From contig NZ_LWLG01000002.1 of NCBI RefSeq assembly GCF_001652585.1, positions 1 to 32,000 of the forward strand: a DNA stretch of 32,000 nt. Direction: 5' to 3'. This stretch comes from Thermosulfurimonas dismutans. GTDB lineage: Bacteria > Desulfobacterota > Thermodesulfobacteria > Thermodesulfobacteriales > Thermodesulfobacteriaceae. This document shows positions 31,793-32,000 of the stretch, piece after piece (within the stretch, counting starts at the first letter, position 1; every line of letters begins with the position of its first letter). The position numbers were made by a program, and so were the translations under genes. The notes under the pieces are model-generated. The model saw only the letters and a list, made by a program, of their open reading frames with translations. It did no database searches and was not told the DNA's origin.

Positions 31793-32000
31793 GGAGATTC
31801 TTGGCAATTTCAAGAATGGTCTCGGCATAGGGTTCGCTGTGGTTGTAGGTCATCAGCACGCGTTTTTTTTCCTCCCAGGAAAGGCCCGGACGCCAACCGT
31901 GACGTTTAAGATAGTTGGCGGCACTGGCCAGGGCGTCGGTAAGGGTATAGAGATCTATGCGCCCATCGCCATCGCCATCAACCGCGTAACTTCTAAAACT
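31770..32000 (-). CDS. 3' end (76 codons) of a lytic murein transglycosylase B (MltB)-like gene; the 5' end lies outside the window
   Basis: Hand translation of the minus strand in frame with the window edge gives SFRSYAVDGDGDGRIDLYTLTDALASAANYLKRHGWRPGLSWEEKKRVLMTYNHSEPYAETILEIAKNLHDSEDRN*. The DGDGDG-x-IDL and ANYL-x-x-HGW blocks are MltB-like. It is absent from the ORF track because it has no in-window start. Confidence 0.65.
   Translation of the reverse strand, partial: SFRSYAVDGDGDGRIDLYTLTDALASAANYLKRHGWRPGLSWEEKKRVLMTYNHSEPYAETILEIAKNLHDSEDRN

Noticed and set aside
1-32000. CRISPR arrays, tandem repeats, transposases, toxin-antitoxin or known defence-system genes
   Set aside because: Reading both strands by eye showed no spaced direct repeats and no ORF with nuclease, integrase or transposase hallmarks. 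A computational repeat search could still find short repeats I missed.

Overview
The window is densely coding: about 30 protein genes, one tRNA-Ala(GGC) and one cobalamin riboswitch. I saw no CRISPR array, transposase, integrase or recognisable defence genes. Rubrerythrin, indolepyruvate:ferredoxin oxidoreductase, a TonB-dependent receptor and R/E/K/L-rich proteins suggest an anaerobic, probably thermophilic, diderm bacterium; this is inference only. Left third (1-11.3 kb): a cobalamin riboswitch with an SD-sequestering helix precedes a BtuB-like TonB-dependent receptor. A terminator-like hairpin follows the receptor. Then comes a block joined by four ATGA start/stop overlaps: a CobN-like chelatase broken by a 1-nt frameshift, a CbiZ-like amidohydrolase with an extra C-terminal domain, a 587-aa protein (lipoprotein signal, soluble domain, polytopic domain), a fused double ECF-type ATPase, and an ECF T component. 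I consider this the best candidate for an undescribed corrinoid or cobalt capture and remodelling system. This block, plus a divergent pair (MBL-fold hydrolase and beta-propeller protein), forms a visibly GC-richer segment (about 2.5-13.7 kb) than the flanks. Middle: an ABC-2 exporter pair, a small prenyltransferase-repeat protein, a HAD hydrolase, tRNA-Ala, and rubrerythrin with a perfect 10-4-10 palindrome over its promoter. Right half: an eight-gene co-directional string of GT2 glycosyltransferase, UPF0104 flippase-like protein, MarC, HDAC-family deacetylase, orphan FetB-like permease, aminotransferase and aryl-acid CoA ligase. It is followed by iorBA on the opposite strand, LivJHM without ATPase genes, def, an M24 peptidase and the 3' end of an MltB-like gene. 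All family calls rest on motifs read by eye; no searches were run.
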